Notes: generated from the letters alone by a model not told the origin. A stretch of 64,000 nt of DNA from an uncultured Holophagales bacterium (GCA_963842525.1 CAWJGT010000003.1:1696001-1760000), one strand, 5' to 3'; shown: positions 18,807 through 29,421, counted from the first letter of the stretch. Numbers and translations are program-made.

Positions 18807-19213
18807 GATTACAGAAATTTTACGTGCCCGCAACGCCTGCGGCACCAGCCTCCGTTACGATCGGAGCGCTCGCTCCTCGGGCTCGAAAAGGAGGACTCCG
18901 TGTCCATCCTGTCACGTCCTGTTGCCGCGGTCGCTCTCATCCTCTTGGCGTCGGTCGCTCTCGGGGCCGCTGCCCGCGACGCCTCGCCGGAGTGGCCGCA
19001 ATGGCGCGGTCCCAACCGGGATGCTGTCGCCAAGGAGACGGGGCTGCTCACGCAGTGGCCGGAGGCCGGGCCGCCGCTGGCCTGGAAGGCGTCCGGCCTC
19101 GGCAGCGGCTGGGCTGCTTCGCGCGCTGCTGCGCGAGGGGTGTAGCCGTATTCGCGGTCGAGCCCCCAGAGATGGACGACGCGCCCTTCGGAGAGGCAGG
19201 TGTGGATCGGCTG
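18807..19213 (+). pseudogene. Internally deleted duplicate of the PQQ-propeller/lipoprotein locus (30998-32811)
   Basis: 18807-19110 aligns by eye with 30998-31306; 19107-19213 with 32711-32811. Confidence 0.85.
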
Positions 19214-19214
19214 C

Positions 19215-19696
19215 GGAAGCTGCGCGACCTCCCGCCGCCGCCGAGCCCGTGGCGGTTCGTGAGCGGAGAAACCTTTTTGTATCTGGGCCGGCAATACCGG
19301 CTGCGGGTCGAGGTTCCCGGCGAGCCGAAGGCCGGCGTCAGGTTGCAGAGCGGCTGGCTGACCGTGGGCCTGCCTGCGGAGACGTCGGACGAGGCGCGGC
19401 CGGCGCTGATCCGCAAGGCGCTGCTGGCCTGGTACCGGCGGCATGCGGCCGAGAGGGGCCCGGAAAGAGTGACCTGGTGGAGCGAGCGGCTGGCACTGCA
19501 TCCCGCGGGCGTTCTGATCCGCAGCCAGGAGAAGCGGTGGGCCTCCTGCGATCCCGCGGGGGCTTTACGTTTCAACTGGCGGATCATCCATCCCGACCAC
19601 ACCCCCGCCTACTGGGCTGCCCTGGGGCAGGCACTGCCGGATTACGAAGACCGGCGGGACGCGCTGCGCAAGGCCGGGGCGCGGCTGGTGTGGTGA
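19215..19696 (+). pseudogene. Fragment of YgjP/DUF45 (M48-like) metallohydrolase lacking the HExxH region
   Basis: FVSGETFLYLGRQYRL, KRWASC, FNWRII joined directly to HPDH..YW. Confidence 0.75.
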
Positions 19697-19767
19697 GACC
19701 GAACGCACGCCGTGCGCCGGTTGTTCGTGACCCAATGTTGCGCGACCACGTCTTCCCGTGGGTGGCC

Positions 19768-20388
19768 ATGAAGCACACTATGCAGAATCGGCTCCGCGGG
19801 CTCGATGTCGAGGAGGCCGCCGAGGATCTGATCGATTATGCAGAGGGCCTTACAGAGATGCCCGGTTATGCCTATGCAGCCAAATGGTACAAAGACCAGC
19901 TCACGAACTGGATCAAGTTAGCGAAGAAAACAGAAAATCCCGACAAGAAAACGATTAATGTCTGGGTCGAGCAACTCCTCAGCTATCGCAATGCGCTTCC
20001 TCTGTCCGTCACCACCTACCGGCGGTCGTCGGGTGGGCATAACGAAGGGCTATTACTCGGGAATCTCGCGCACTATGACAAACTTGCCGAGGACGGTAAG
20101 CTCACAGATGCCAAGGACTGCCATTATGATCCGGTGGCCACCGTTTGGGCGGTCTGCGACTACCACCCACCCACTTCGGTCTCCGACGATGAGATCGCCG
20201 CAACCCTGGCGCAGTTCATCCACTCGATGGAGTGGGGATACCCAAGTCTTTTTGCTGAGGACGGGTTGATCGGAGAGGGCGCGATCTTCAAAGGGCTCGC
20301 TGGCGTGATCGACGGCTTCCTGGACCGCGTGGCGGATGCCAAAACGAGGAAGGTGGGGATTCTCACCAAGGTCCAGGCTCTTATGTGA
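19768..20388 (+). CDS. Hypothetical protein (206 aa)
   Basis: Protein-like composition, lower GC than host; no family recognised. Confidence 0.7.
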   Translation: MKHTMQNRLRGLDVEEAAEDLIDYAEGLTEMPGYAYAAKWYKDQLTNWIKLAKKTENPDKKTINVWVEQLLSYRNALPLSVTTYRRSSGGHNEGLLLGNLAHYDKLAEDGKLTDAKDCHYDPVATVWAVCDYHPPTSVSDDEIAATLAQFIHSMEWGYPSLFAEDGLIGEGAIFKGLAGVIDGFLDRVADAKTRKVGILTKVQALM

Positions 20389-20461
20389 AGTCTCCCTGGC
20401 CCCCTTGAAAAGGATCTCCACCGGTCCGGACAGAAGGCGAGACCGGGCATACGGCGCTGAA

Positions 20462-20689
20462 TCAGGCCGCCTTCAGCATGAAGTTGACGTGCACGGCGTC
20501 AAACGGGAATACGATTTGGCCGTCCTCGGTCTTTTGAAGGACTCCCGCGTTGAGCAGTGCATGGACATCGCCGTGTACCGCCTTGACGTCTCGTCCCACC
20601 CGCCGGGCCGCTTCACGGAGCGTCACCGGCCCGGCGCCTGTCAGCACCGAGAGCAGCTCCCACCGCTTCTGCGTCAGCACCTTGAACAA
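20462..20689 (-). pseudogene. N-terminally truncated HTH antitoxin-like protein (HVO_A0114-like)
   Basis: LT.KRWELL......LREAARRVGRDVKAVHGDV.AL...G..IVFPFDAVHV. Confidence 0.7.
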
Positions 20690-20834
20690 AAGCGCCGGGT
20701 GCTGTCAAATACTCCCGGGGAGGATAACGGTCAGGCAGCCTGACTTGAACCGGCCGGATGTTTTAGTAACGGCAGCGGAGATTGTCGCAACCTGCGTAAT
20801 GTTTATCGCAACTTAAGGACCTCATGGCCGCCCT

Positions 20835-21019
20835 ATCCGGCCCAACGGGCCGGGAGATCCCAGCCCAGGGATGAGGCCGCAGGCCGATTCCCTGGGATTC
20901 AAAGGCCGCCACGATCATGCGGCCTGAAAGGCCGCGGGGTAGATCGGCCTCCTAGGACCCAGGGCGTCGGCCTTCGGCCTCGGCCCTGGGCTATGTTCTC
21001 CCGGCCCCTTGGGCCGGAT
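20835..21019. mobile_element. REPIN/MITE-like palindromic element
   Basis: Terminal inverted repeats ATCCGGCCCAACGGGCCGGGAGA / TCTCCCGGCCCCTTGGGCCGGAT with internal CCCAGGG/CCCTGGG hairpins. Confidence 0.65.
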
Positions 21020-21317
21020 GGGAATTCAGTGCGCCTAGGTTATTTCGGACAGGCCCTAAGCAGAGTTTGTCGCAATCTGTGCAGGGAACATCGCAACTGG
21101 CAGGAATATTTTAGTGGATTCCGCAGCCCGGCAATGCCTGTGGCCTGACGACCTGTGGCGAGTGGCTGGAGAGCCAGGGAAGCGAGGGGGCGTTCGCCTT
21201 TTCCATGCCTCTCGCGACGCCGGCCGAAGCTCCGGCGAGCTGCGAGCAGGCGTTCCCCTGGCTGACGGGCGCCGTGAGCCTTCCCGCGGCGCCCCGATCC
21301 GGCTTCTGCTGGAGCTG

Positions 21318-23450
21318 CTACGGCACGAGGAATGGGCTGGTGGTCGAGCTCTTGCCGTTCACGACGAAGGAGAGCTGGATGGTGTCGGCGGTGACGCCGG
21401 CGGGAAGCCCTTTGACGACCAGCTTCTTGCGCGTCCTCAGGTCCAGGGCGTAGGTCTCGCCGCCGACCTTGAGGGTCGCTGAAGAGAGTGCGCTCGCGTC
21501 GGCGTAGTCCGGGTCGATCTCGATGAACGCCGTCGCGCTGGCTCCGCCCCCGCCGCCGGGGTCCAGGCTGCAGGTGGTGCAGGGGTTGGAGCCGGGCTGC
21601 GGGCCGACCGCGGCTTCAAGGTTGGTGTCGAAGCTCTGCCAGTGCGGGCAGCGGAAGGGCGGAACAGCCAAGCCGGCCGGGAGGAAGAGCCGCTCGGTCG
21701 CGGCGCCGCCGGGCGCCGTGGACAGCTTTGCGGCGATGGTCGCGGTCGGACAGGCGGCGAACGTCGGCGGGCTTGCGGGACGGAGTGCGCTGCGGTCGAC
21801 CTGCGGCGCGCCGGCGAATGCGCGGGCGATGCTCTGGCGCCCCTCGACGACGATCCGGAGCGGGATGGTCTGCCTGTCGAAGGACGGGCAACGCGGGCAG
21901 CCGGGGCCTTTGCACTCCGCGCAGGACCGGCCGGCGGTCGTCCGGACGTCGACGTGGCGCACCGGCGGGCGGCCGGCCGCCGGGCAGGGCGTTGCGGCCT
22001 TTCCTCCGAGGCAAAAGGCGGCCGGCCGCCGCAGGTCGCCGCCGTACTGGTGGAGACGGTCCGCCGCCGCAAAGGAGTCCAGGGCCGGGAGCTGGTGCCG
22101 TACCCAGGCAAGGGCCGTCGCGGCCACGACCGTGGAGACGGAGGTGCCGGTGAGCATGGCGGTGGGGGCGCCGAAGCGGTCCGCCACGACGGCATGGTCG
22201 CCGAAGGCCACCAGGCGCGGCTCGCCCGCGAGGCGGCTGTTCAACAGGAGCGAGCCGCCGGCCCGCACGCCGCCCACGGCGTGGATCAGCGGCCGGTAGG
22301 AGGCCGTGCCGGCGCCGGCGAGGGCCGGCAGACCCCCCGGGCTGAGGGCTGCCGCGCAGGCGGCCGGTACCGGGGCCGGGCGGACCTCCCAGGCGGCGGG
22401 CAGGAGCGGGCCGCGGCCCAGCTCAGGGTCCGGCCCCCAGCTCCGGTTGCCCGCCGCGGCCAGGGTGGAGGCGCCGCGGCAGATGGCATCCACCAGGGCT
22501 GCGTGCACGGCCTGCACGGCCGGCCGAGCCGTTGACAGGTCGTCTTCGAGGCCGCCGAAGCGGCGGCCGTTCCAACCCAGGGACAGGTTGAGGAGGAGGA
22601 ACGGCGGCTGGCCGGGCTGCTGCCAGGCCACCACCTCCTTGCGGATCGCCTCCGCCAAGTCTCCCATCGTCCCGACGGAGCCTCCGCGCACGAGGTCTGG
22701 CGCGCTCGCCGCGCCCGACGCCGGGTTGTAGGCCGGCCGGGGCAGGGCGAGCTGGGAGGTCACCCGGGCCGCGCAGGTGGCGCCTGCACAGGCGAGCTTC
22801 CTCGCCATGTTGGCCAGGCTGTAGCCGTGCGGCGAGCTGTAGTTGTTGTTCGGCCTGGCCGTCGGATCTTCCGCGGTCGGAGCGGTATCCAGCAGAGCCA
22901 GCCGCACCCGGGCGTCGCCCACCGGCGCCGACCCGGAGGTGCCGGCATAAGAGAGGAAACGCTCCTCCATCAACGGCAGCGCCGTCCGCAGAAGGGAGGG
23001 AGGGGCGGGCGCCCGCGCCGGCCGCGGGGCGGGAGGCTGCTCGGCCGGCAGCACGGCCATGCAGTCGCGGTCCAGGGCCGACAGGCCCGGCAGCTCCGCC
23101 AGCGTCAGGGTGCCGCCGCTCCCCGGGTGCTCGTAGAGGCAGAAGGAGCGCAGGCCGAGCGGCAGGATCGACTGGCCGCGGTCCGTCTGTGAAAAGAGCG
23201 GACGCACTTTCCAATCCGGCTGCCGCGGCGCCGGGCATTCCACGCAGGGGTCTGTCTTGATGCCGATCCAGCGCCACGCCGGGCAGGCCGCCCGCTCGTC
23301 GGAGGAGGACGGCGGCGTTTGGTCGATCCGCGGACCTTCGGGAGGGATGGTGACGGGGTACTGGGCGGCGGCCGGCAGGGCCAGGAGAGCCGCCGCGAGG
23401 GTCAGGACGGAGAGGATCTGCAACGGATCGATGGTCGGTCTGGGGCTCAT
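21318..23450 (-). CDS. Secreted divergent S8 (subtilisin-like) peptidase, Cys-rich
   Basis: Signal peptide; LLDTAP, PHGYSL, LNLSLG, AAAGN, GTSVS motifs in S8 order. Confidence 0.8.
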   Translation of the reverse strand: MSPRPTIDPLQILSVLTLAAALLALPAAAQYPVTIPPEGPRIDQTPPSSSDERAACPAWRWIGIKTDPCVECPAPRQPDWKVRPLFSQTDRGQSILPLGLRSFCLYEHPGSGGTLTLAELPGLSALDRDCMAVLPAEQPPAPRPARAPAPPSLLRTALPLMEERFLSYAGTSGSAPVGDARVRLALLDTAPTAEDPTARPNNNYSSPHGYSLANMARKLACAGATCAARVTSQLALPRPAYNPASGAASAPDLVRGGSVGTMGDLAEAIRKEVVAWQQPGQPPFLLLNLSLGWNGRRFGGLEDDLSTARPAVQAVHAALVDAICRGASTLAAAGNRSWGPDPELGRGPLLPAAWEVRPAPVPAACAAALSPGGLPALAGAGTASYRPLIHAVGGVRAGGSLLLNSRLAGEPRLVAFGDHAVVADRFGAPTAMLTGTSVSTVVAATALAWVRHQLPALDSFAAADRLHQYGGDLRRPAAFCLGGKAATPCPAAGRPPVRHVDVRTTAGRSCAECKGPGCPRCPSFDRQTIPLRIVVEGRQSIARAFAGAPQVDRSALRPASPPTFAACPTATIAAKLSTAPGGAATERLFLPAGLAVPPFRCPHWQSFDTNLEAAVGPQPGSNPCTTCSLDPGGGGGASATAFIEIDPDYADASALSSATLKVGGETYALDLRTRKKLVVKGLPAGVTADTIQLSFVVNGKSSTTSPFLVP

Positions 23451-23461
23451 GTTCGGATCCC

Positions 23462-26223
23462 TCAAGGAACGAAGGCGCGGAAGCTCTGCCAGGCGGAGCT
23501 CGCGCCCTTCTGTCGCAAGGTGAGCTGGGCGCGGCGCAGGGCCTCCACCGTCGAGGCGCTCCGCGGGAAGCTCGGCGTAGAAGGACTGCATCAGGGCCGC
23601 GGACTCCCGGTCCGCGACCGGGCGGACGGCGGCGATGACGGTCGTCGAGCCGGCTGCAAGGAAGGCGTGCGCCAGCCCGATGGACTCCACGGCGCTCTCC
23701 TCCGAGCTGGCGCCCGTCTCGCACCCGGAGAGCACCACCCGGGCCGGGGACCGCGGCAGCGCCAGGACGTCGTCCACGGTCAGGCGTCCCCCGGCGGCCA
23801 GGGGGAGATGGCTGTCCCAGCCGGCGAAGACGGCGTGCCCGGCATAGTGGAAGAGGCCGCTTGCCGCGAGCAGAGGCCGGACCGCCGGTCCCGTGGCCTG
23901 GCGGCCCAGGAGCACGCGGACCTCCGGAGAGGGCCGGCCGGCCTGCAGCTCCGCCTCCACCTGCCCGGCCTCCGACCGGGCCCCCGGCAGGTTGCCCTGC
24001 GGATCGCCCACCACCAGGGCCCGCGCGCCCTGGAGCGCGGCGGCCGGCGAGGCGGGAAGGTCCAGGGCATAGGCCACCGGCTTCGCGGCCAGGAGCACAT
24101 CGCTGTCGAACGGAAGGGCATGCAGGTCCACCCGCCGGAGAGGGCCGTAGGGGAGCAGCCGCACCTGCCGCGCCCGCCGGATCTGCGCGGCGAAGGGGAC
24201 GAGCAGCCGTTCCGCCACGAGGGCCGGCTGCTCGAGCACGTCCTCCACACGGCCGAGCCGCCGGGCGACGACCCCGGTTGCGTCCGCTGCAAAGCCTGCC
24301 CAGCCGTCAGGCAGCGGATGGAAGGCCAGCAGCACCTCTCCCGCCGCGAGCGGCGGCGGTGCGGCCTCGCTCGCGCCGGCGATCCCGAACCGGGCCAGGA
24401 GGGCATCGATCTCGCCGCGCAGCTCGCGCAGCCGGCGGGCCCTGTCCTCCACCGCCTGCCGCAGCTCGTTGCCTGGCAGGCGCCAGTGCTCGGCCGCCGC
24501 CCGGTCGAGCGCCTCGCGCTGCGCATGGTGCGCGGCGAGGGCGCGGTCCCAGGCCTGCCGCTCGTCCGGCGGCAGGCCCGCGAGGCGGACGGAGACCTCC
24601 AGGGTGCGCAGGAACCGCGAGCGGGCCCGGCGCGCCAGGCCGAGGGCCTCGCCGGGCCGGCCGGCGCGCAGCAGCAGGTCGAGGTGGCGGCGGGTGGCGT
24701 CGTCCCTCTGGCCGAGGAATGTGTCGCGGCCCTGGTGCATGGGGATGAGGAGGCTCTCCCGTTCCAGCAGCTCCTCGGCGCGCCCATAGGCGGCGAGGGC
24801 GGCCGGAACCTCCTGCAGCGCCTCTTGAGCCCGCGCCTCGCCGGTCGCGGCACGCCATTCGGCCTCCGGCGCCAGCGCCTCCCGGGCGTGCACGGCGAGC
24901 TTCTCGATAGGCGGCGAGCGCGCGCCGGGCCTGCCCGGCCGCGAGGTCGATCCGCGCTTCGAGGTCCGCCCACCAGAGCAGGATGTTGCCGTCCGGCTCC
25001 GGCATGAGCTGCCGCGCCTCCGCGAGCCGCCGGCGCGCCAGGCCCGGCTCGCCGTCCTGGAGGTGCGCGAGAGAGAGGTTGACCCGTACGTTGACCTGCT
25101 CTTCGGCGCGTTGGGGAAAATTCGGGCACTTCTCGTCGAAGGTGCGCAGCGCCTCCGCAAGGAGCGGCTTCGGGTCCTCGGTGGCGGCGCCGGCTTCACG
25201 GGCCAGGAGCCAGGACCAGGCCTGATTGTTGTGGAGCTGGGCGCGGGTGCAGACCGGGAGCCCTGCCGCCGCCTCGCCGCCGATCCGCGCGAAGAGAGCG
25301 CGGGCATCGCCGGTGCGGCCGGCCCGCTGAAGCTCCCGGGCCAGGACCTGGCCGGCCGCCGTCCGGTACCTCAGGCTCCCGCCGCGCTCCGCATGATCCA
25401 CGGCGTCCTGGAGCCGGCGCAGCCCGGCGCGCAGGTCCCCCACTTCCGTGGCGAGGACGCCCCAGGTGTACTCCCGCTGGAAGGCCGAGTCTGCGTGCCC
25501 CTGCGGATCGGGGAACGCCTCCAGCACGGTGCGGGCCGCGGCGAAGCCGCGCCGCGCGATGAGCTGCTGGGCGAGGCGCGTCGCGTCCTCCACCTCCCAC
25601 GATAGGGCGCCGCTCTCCCGGTGCGCCGTGATGGCGCGGCGCAGCTCCGCGAGCCCTCTCTCTTCCTCGCCGGCCGCGAGGTGCAAGCGCGCCGCCACGT
25701 ACAGGGCGAGCCCGCGGTCTGTGGGAGACGAGGAGGCGAGCCGCGGCTCCACCCTCTGCCGCGCCGCCGCGATGTCCCCGGCCGCGCCCACCTTGCGGGC
25801 CTCGGTGAACCAGCCTGGCGGGCGGTCCTCGTCCACCGCCAGCCGCCAGGTCCGGGTTGCGCCGGCGTGCCGGACCTCCACCACCGTCTCCCGCGCGCCC
25901 GAGGCCAGCTCTGCCTCGATCCGCAGCCCACCTGCCACCGGGACGGGCAGGCCCGCTGGCGCCCGGCCATCCATGGTGATCGCGGCTCCCGGCGCCGCCT
26001 CCATCCACAAGCGCAGCCGGCGGCTCTCGGGCAGCGTGCACACCGGCCCCCGGCGCACCGTTTCGCAGCCCGAAAACTCGACGTGCAACGGCTGCGGCAC
26101 GTGGCTTTCCGGCCCGGGCCCCCCGCATCCCTGGAGGCCCGCTCCCACGGCGAGGACGGCGAGCCAGCCGGCGAGGTGCCTGCCGGCCGCTCGTGCCTCC
26201 GCCGCGCGCGCTATGTCCGCCAT
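23462..26223 (-). CDS. Lipoprotein TPR-CHAT (caspase-like) protease; two apparent +1 frameshifts (24897-24903, 23567-23573)
   Basis: Lipobox LQGC; TPR-like helices; FHYAGHA and VLSGCETG dyad; C-terminal EALRRAQL..WQSF after frame repair. Confidence 0.85.
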
Positions 26224-26262
26224 CCTGCCCTCCATGGCCGATGAGCTCAGCGTCCGGCTGGA

Positions 26263-26291
26263 CATTCGCGTTCTCCTTCGATTTTCTGACA
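26263..26291 (-). promoter_or_regulatory. Putative ECF promoter TGTCAG-N17-CGAATG (CHAT-S8 unit)
   Basis: One of four identically spaced copies in the block. Confidence 0.7.
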
Positions 26292-26356
26292 AGGCGGGGT
26301 TTCGCCCTTTATTGAAAGTCTTCAAAGGATAGCAGGAATCTCCGGGATGCATCGGC

Positions 26357-26385
26357 TGTCAGAAAGCCCAAGGTCGCGGCGAACT
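26357..26385 (+). promoter_or_regulatory. Putative ECF promoter TGTCAG-N17-CGAACT (transglycosylase gene)
   Basis: Same motif and spacing. Confidence 0.7.
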
Positions 26386-26439
26386 TCGTGGTGCGTTAGC
26401 GAGCTGGCATGTCCACGTTTCCCCGAGAAAGGTCAAGAC

Positions 26440-27279
26440 ATGAAGAAGAAACCTGTCGAAACGAAGCCACCTTCCGATACTTCGATCCCTCAAATACTCT
26501 CAGGGGTGAAGGGCCTCCAAGCCAGTGTCGAGCGGCTCGAGCAATCCGATGAACAGATCAAGGCCGGCCTCCGCGCCCTCCTTCAAGCGCAGCCGCTTCC
26601 CATGGCGCCCGCCAGGGTCGACCTCGGACCGCTTCGCAGAAATGCCAAACAGTGGAAGGCCCGCGAAGACTGTCCGAGGAAGACCAAGGCCTGCGAGGAC
26701 GCGGTCCGTTGGGTTCGGGAAAAGGGCCGGTTCCCACCCGCAGGAACCGACAAGAACTTTGAAACAGCAGTGTCTCTTTCCGGGGGAGACACCCTTGCTT
26801 CCGCCTTCAAGCTCGCAAAGCTGCTGGGCATCCTTGGCCAGGAAAGCTCGTTCGGAACCAAGGAGGACACGGAAGGGCCGATCCGGGGTCCATTTCAATT
26901 GTCCGAAGCTGCCGTTCAAGACTACAACCAGAACAATGATCCTGATGTCAAATGGCCCGATGATGTGGATGGCCTGAACGACCTCAAGACGGCTGCACAG
27001 GTTGCGGCCTGGTATCTGGCTTCTCTGCTGCAACAGCTCACTTTTAACCAGCCCGTCGGACCGACGACCGATCCGGAAGAAGCGAACAAGCTTGCTGTGG
27101 CCGCGTACAACGCTGGAATAGGCAAGCTGCGGGAAGCACAAAAGAAGGCGAAGGAGGCGGGTAAGGATCCCCACAAGTGGGACGACATCAAGGAGCATAT
27201 GCCGCTGGAGACGCGCGGCTACGTCGACAACGTGAAGGGCTACGAGCAAATCGCCTACGAGCTCGGCTGTGTCCTCTAA
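26440..27279 (+). CDS. SLT-type lytic transglycosylase with N-terminal coiled coil
   Basis: GQESSF, GPFQL, AAYNAG, ETRGYV motifs. Confidence 0.85.
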   Translation: MKKKPVETKPPSDTSIPQILSGVKGLQASVERLEQSDEQIKAGLRALLQAQPLPMAPARVDLGPLRRNAKQWKAREDCPRKTKACEDAVRWVREKGRFPPAGTDKNFETAVSLSGGDTLASAFKLAKLLGILGQESSFGTKEDTEGPIRGPFQLSEAAVQDYNQNNDPDVKWPDDVDGLNDLKTAAQVAAWYLASLLQQLTFNQPVGPTTDPEEANKLAVAAYNAGIGKLREAQKKAKEAGKDPHKWDDIKEHMPLETRGYVDNVKGYEQIAYELGCVL

Positions 27280-27559
27280 GGCACAACGGCCCCTGATCGC
27301 CTGCCCATTCGGTCCCGGCCGGTTTGTGTTAGCCCCAATGCTGTTCACTTTGGCCGCCGCGGGCGGGGTTGCGCTGGAGCTGGCCGGGGTCGGGCTCGAC
27401 GCGATGTATCCGGAGGCGTCCACAAAATCGGACGGGTAGAGTTGCTCCGAGTCGTGGGCCAACCCAGTAGCCTTTGGGACCTCCTGCTCCGAGTCGTCTG
27501 GGAGCTGCTCGGGTTCGGGAGGGTTGGCAGCCGGTTTTTGTAGGTTCCTGGAGGATTTG

Positions 27560-27740
27560 TGGACCACCTGGACCGCGGTCGGGGCTGGCTGCACCGCGGT
27601 GCAGGTGGTCCGACCGCGGTGCAGTCGGCCTAGACCGCGGCGGGCCCACCCACGCCGCGGTGCAGGTGGCCTGGACCGTGGTGGGGTCGGCCTGGACCAC
27701 GGTGCAGGTGGACCCGACCGCGGTGCAGGTGGCCCCGAAG
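27560..27740. repeat. ~21-bp degenerate tandem array (ACCGCGGTGCAGGTGG core)
   Basis: About eight units visible. Confidence 0.65.
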
Positions 27741-27745
27741 CGCAT

Positions 27746-27886
27746 CCTGGGAGCGCCGGCGTCCCGCCGGCTCGGAGCTGCGCCGGTCGCCGAGGCACCG
27801 CCAGGCATCACCGCCGCTGCAACCGTCTGTGGCTCTGCCTCCTCCACGGCCTCGTGGAGAGCCGGCGGGACGCCGGCGCTCCCAGG
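27746..27886. repeat. REP inverted pair CCTGGGAGCGCCGGCGTCCCGCCGGCTC
   Basis: 28-bp inverted repeats at 27746-27773 and 27859-27886. Confidence 0.75.
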
Positions 27887-27965
27887 GACGAGCCCCTCCC
27901 CTACGTCAAGAACGCCTTAAACGAACGCTATTGGTGTTAGCCCCGGCCGGGACGCGCGCCGTCAG

Positions 27966-28769
27966 CTAACGAGCAGTCCCCTTCCGGAAGACCACCAGCA
28001 GGCTGCACGCCACCGCATTGCGGTCATGGGGGCGGCAACCCGGACCGCCGCGGTCGGACAGCTCTTTGGCCGCCGGGAGGGAGCCGCGGCGGCCGAAGAC
28101 GACGAGGAGCGTGCTCTCTCCCTCCGGCAGTTGGACCTCTTCTCCGATCACACCGGCCACGCGGATTGCGCCCTGTTCGGAAACCTCCACCGGAGCGGCC
28201 CAAGGGGCGACCTCCTCACGGCGCACGACAAAGGTTTCCACTGCGAGATCCTCTGCGGTCTCACGCTCGGGGGTGAGGATCAGCTCGAAGGAGTTGCCTG
28301 GGGCGAAAACCGGCGTGCCGCCCGATGCCGGTGCCTCTCCCGCGCGCAGATCCTCGGTGCCGCCGGCCAGGAGGGCCACATAAGGCGGCAGGGGCTCCTG
28401 CCAGGGCTGTACAACAAGGAGCAGGATGGAGGCCGCAAGGGCCGCCGCCGCGGCCGAGCCGGCGCGCCACCCGCGGCGGCGGCGCAGGGGAGCCGCAGCG
28501 GCCGGCGCCACTCGCGGCGACGGCGAAGCGACACGCTGCCGGACCGCCTCGGCCATCCGCGACCGGAAGTCGGCGCCGAGCGGCGTGAATGCTGCGTAGG
28601 TCACCCGGCCTGCCGGGGACTCACCCGCCTCGGCCCGGAGAGCTTCGGCGTCCGCCGCGGGCAGGGCGCCGGCGGCCAGGGCCTGCCACCGGGGATCGAG
28701 CCGTTTTTCCTCTTCGTCCTCCTGACGGGCCGTTTCGGCCAGGCGTGTCAGGAGCTCCTCTTCGTCCAT
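27966..28769 (-). CDS. Putative transmembrane anti-sigma factor
   Basis: Directly downstream of the ECF sigma; helical N-terminus, single TM (AAAAALAASILLLVV), beta-rich C-terminal domain. Confidence 0.75.
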   Translation of the reverse strand: MDEEELLTRLAETARQEDEEEKRLDPRWQALAAGALPAADAEALRAEAGESPAGRVTYAAFTPLGADFRSRMAEAVRQRVASPSPRVAPAAAAPLRRRRGWRAGSAAAAALAASILLLVVQPWQEPLPPYVALLAGGTEDLRAGEAPASGGTPVFAPGNSFELILTPERETAEDLAVETFVVRREEVAPWAAPVEVSEQGAIRVAGVIGEEVQLPEGESTLLVVFGRRGSLPAAKELSDRGGPGCRPHDRNAVACSLLVVFRKGTAR

Positions 28770-28788
28770 GGCCCACCATCCTCAAAGA

Positions 28789-28817
28789 GATTCGCGCATC
28801 CTATCGATTTTCTGACA
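28789..28817 (-). promoter_or_regulatory. Putative ECF promoter TGTCAG-N17-CGAATC embedded in the sigma 3' end
   Basis: -35 is encoded by the terminal M-S-E codons of the sigma gene. Confidence 0.7.
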
Positions 28818-29421
28818 TAAACTCATCGAGCAAACGTCGCGCCAGCTTCCGCAACCGGCTGCGCCAGGCATAAATCGCGTTCCGGCTCATGCGGGTCCGC
28901 TGTTCAACCTCCTCGACCGGCAGCCCCTGGACGAGGAGGAGCTCGAAAAGGTTCCATCCCTGCGGGCTGAGCTCCTCCTGCATCCGCCGGAGGAGGAGGC
29001 GCAGCTCCTGCCGGGAGGCGGCCCGGGCCTCGGGGTCGGGATCCGCCGCCGGCTCCTCCTCATGCTCCTCATCGAGCGTCGGGTCCTCCCGCCAGGGGTT
29101 CCGCCTGCCGCTGCGCAGACAGGAGATGGCCCGCCGCCTTGCCACCAGGCCGACGAAGTTCTCCAGCGATAGACCCTCGGCTGGACGCCAGCTCCGCAGC
29201 ACCCGCGCACCTTCGTCGAAGAGCGTGAGGAAGACGTCCTGTGTGAGGTCCTCGACCTGTTGGCGGGCGGAGCTTTCGTCTCCGGGAGGGTGAAACGCGA
29301 TGAGGACCTGGGCGACCCGGTTCTGGATCACAGGCGTGAGGAGGTCCACCAGGCTCCCCACAGCCTGCTCGTGCCCGGACAGGGCCTGCGTGACCAGCAT
29401 TTGCCGAGGGCTGGTTTCCAT
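28801..29421 (-). CDS. ECF RNA polymerase sigma factor
   Basis: VEDLTQDVFLTL (region 2); region 4 VEEVEQRTRMSRNAIYAWRSRLRK. Confidence 0.9.
   Translation of the reverse strand: METSPRQMLVTQALSGHEQAVGSLVDLLTPVIQNRVAQVLIAFHPPGDESSARQQVEDLTQDVFLTLFDEGARVLRSWRPAEGLSLENFVGLVARRRAISCLRSGRRNPWREDPTLDEEHEEEPAADPDPEARAASRQELRLLLRRMQEELSPQGWNLFELLLVQGLPVEEVEQRTRMSRNAIYAWRSRLRKLARRLLDEFMSENR

Noticed and set aside
18807-19213. DGR template/variable repeat pair with 30998-31306
   Set aside because: Differences are not adenine-specific and no reverse transcriptase is present
21318-25307. 1329-aa CHAT-S8 fusion in the ORF track
   Set aside because: Caused by the +1 base at 23567-23573; repaired CHAT stops at 23462 and the S8 has its own start and signal peptide
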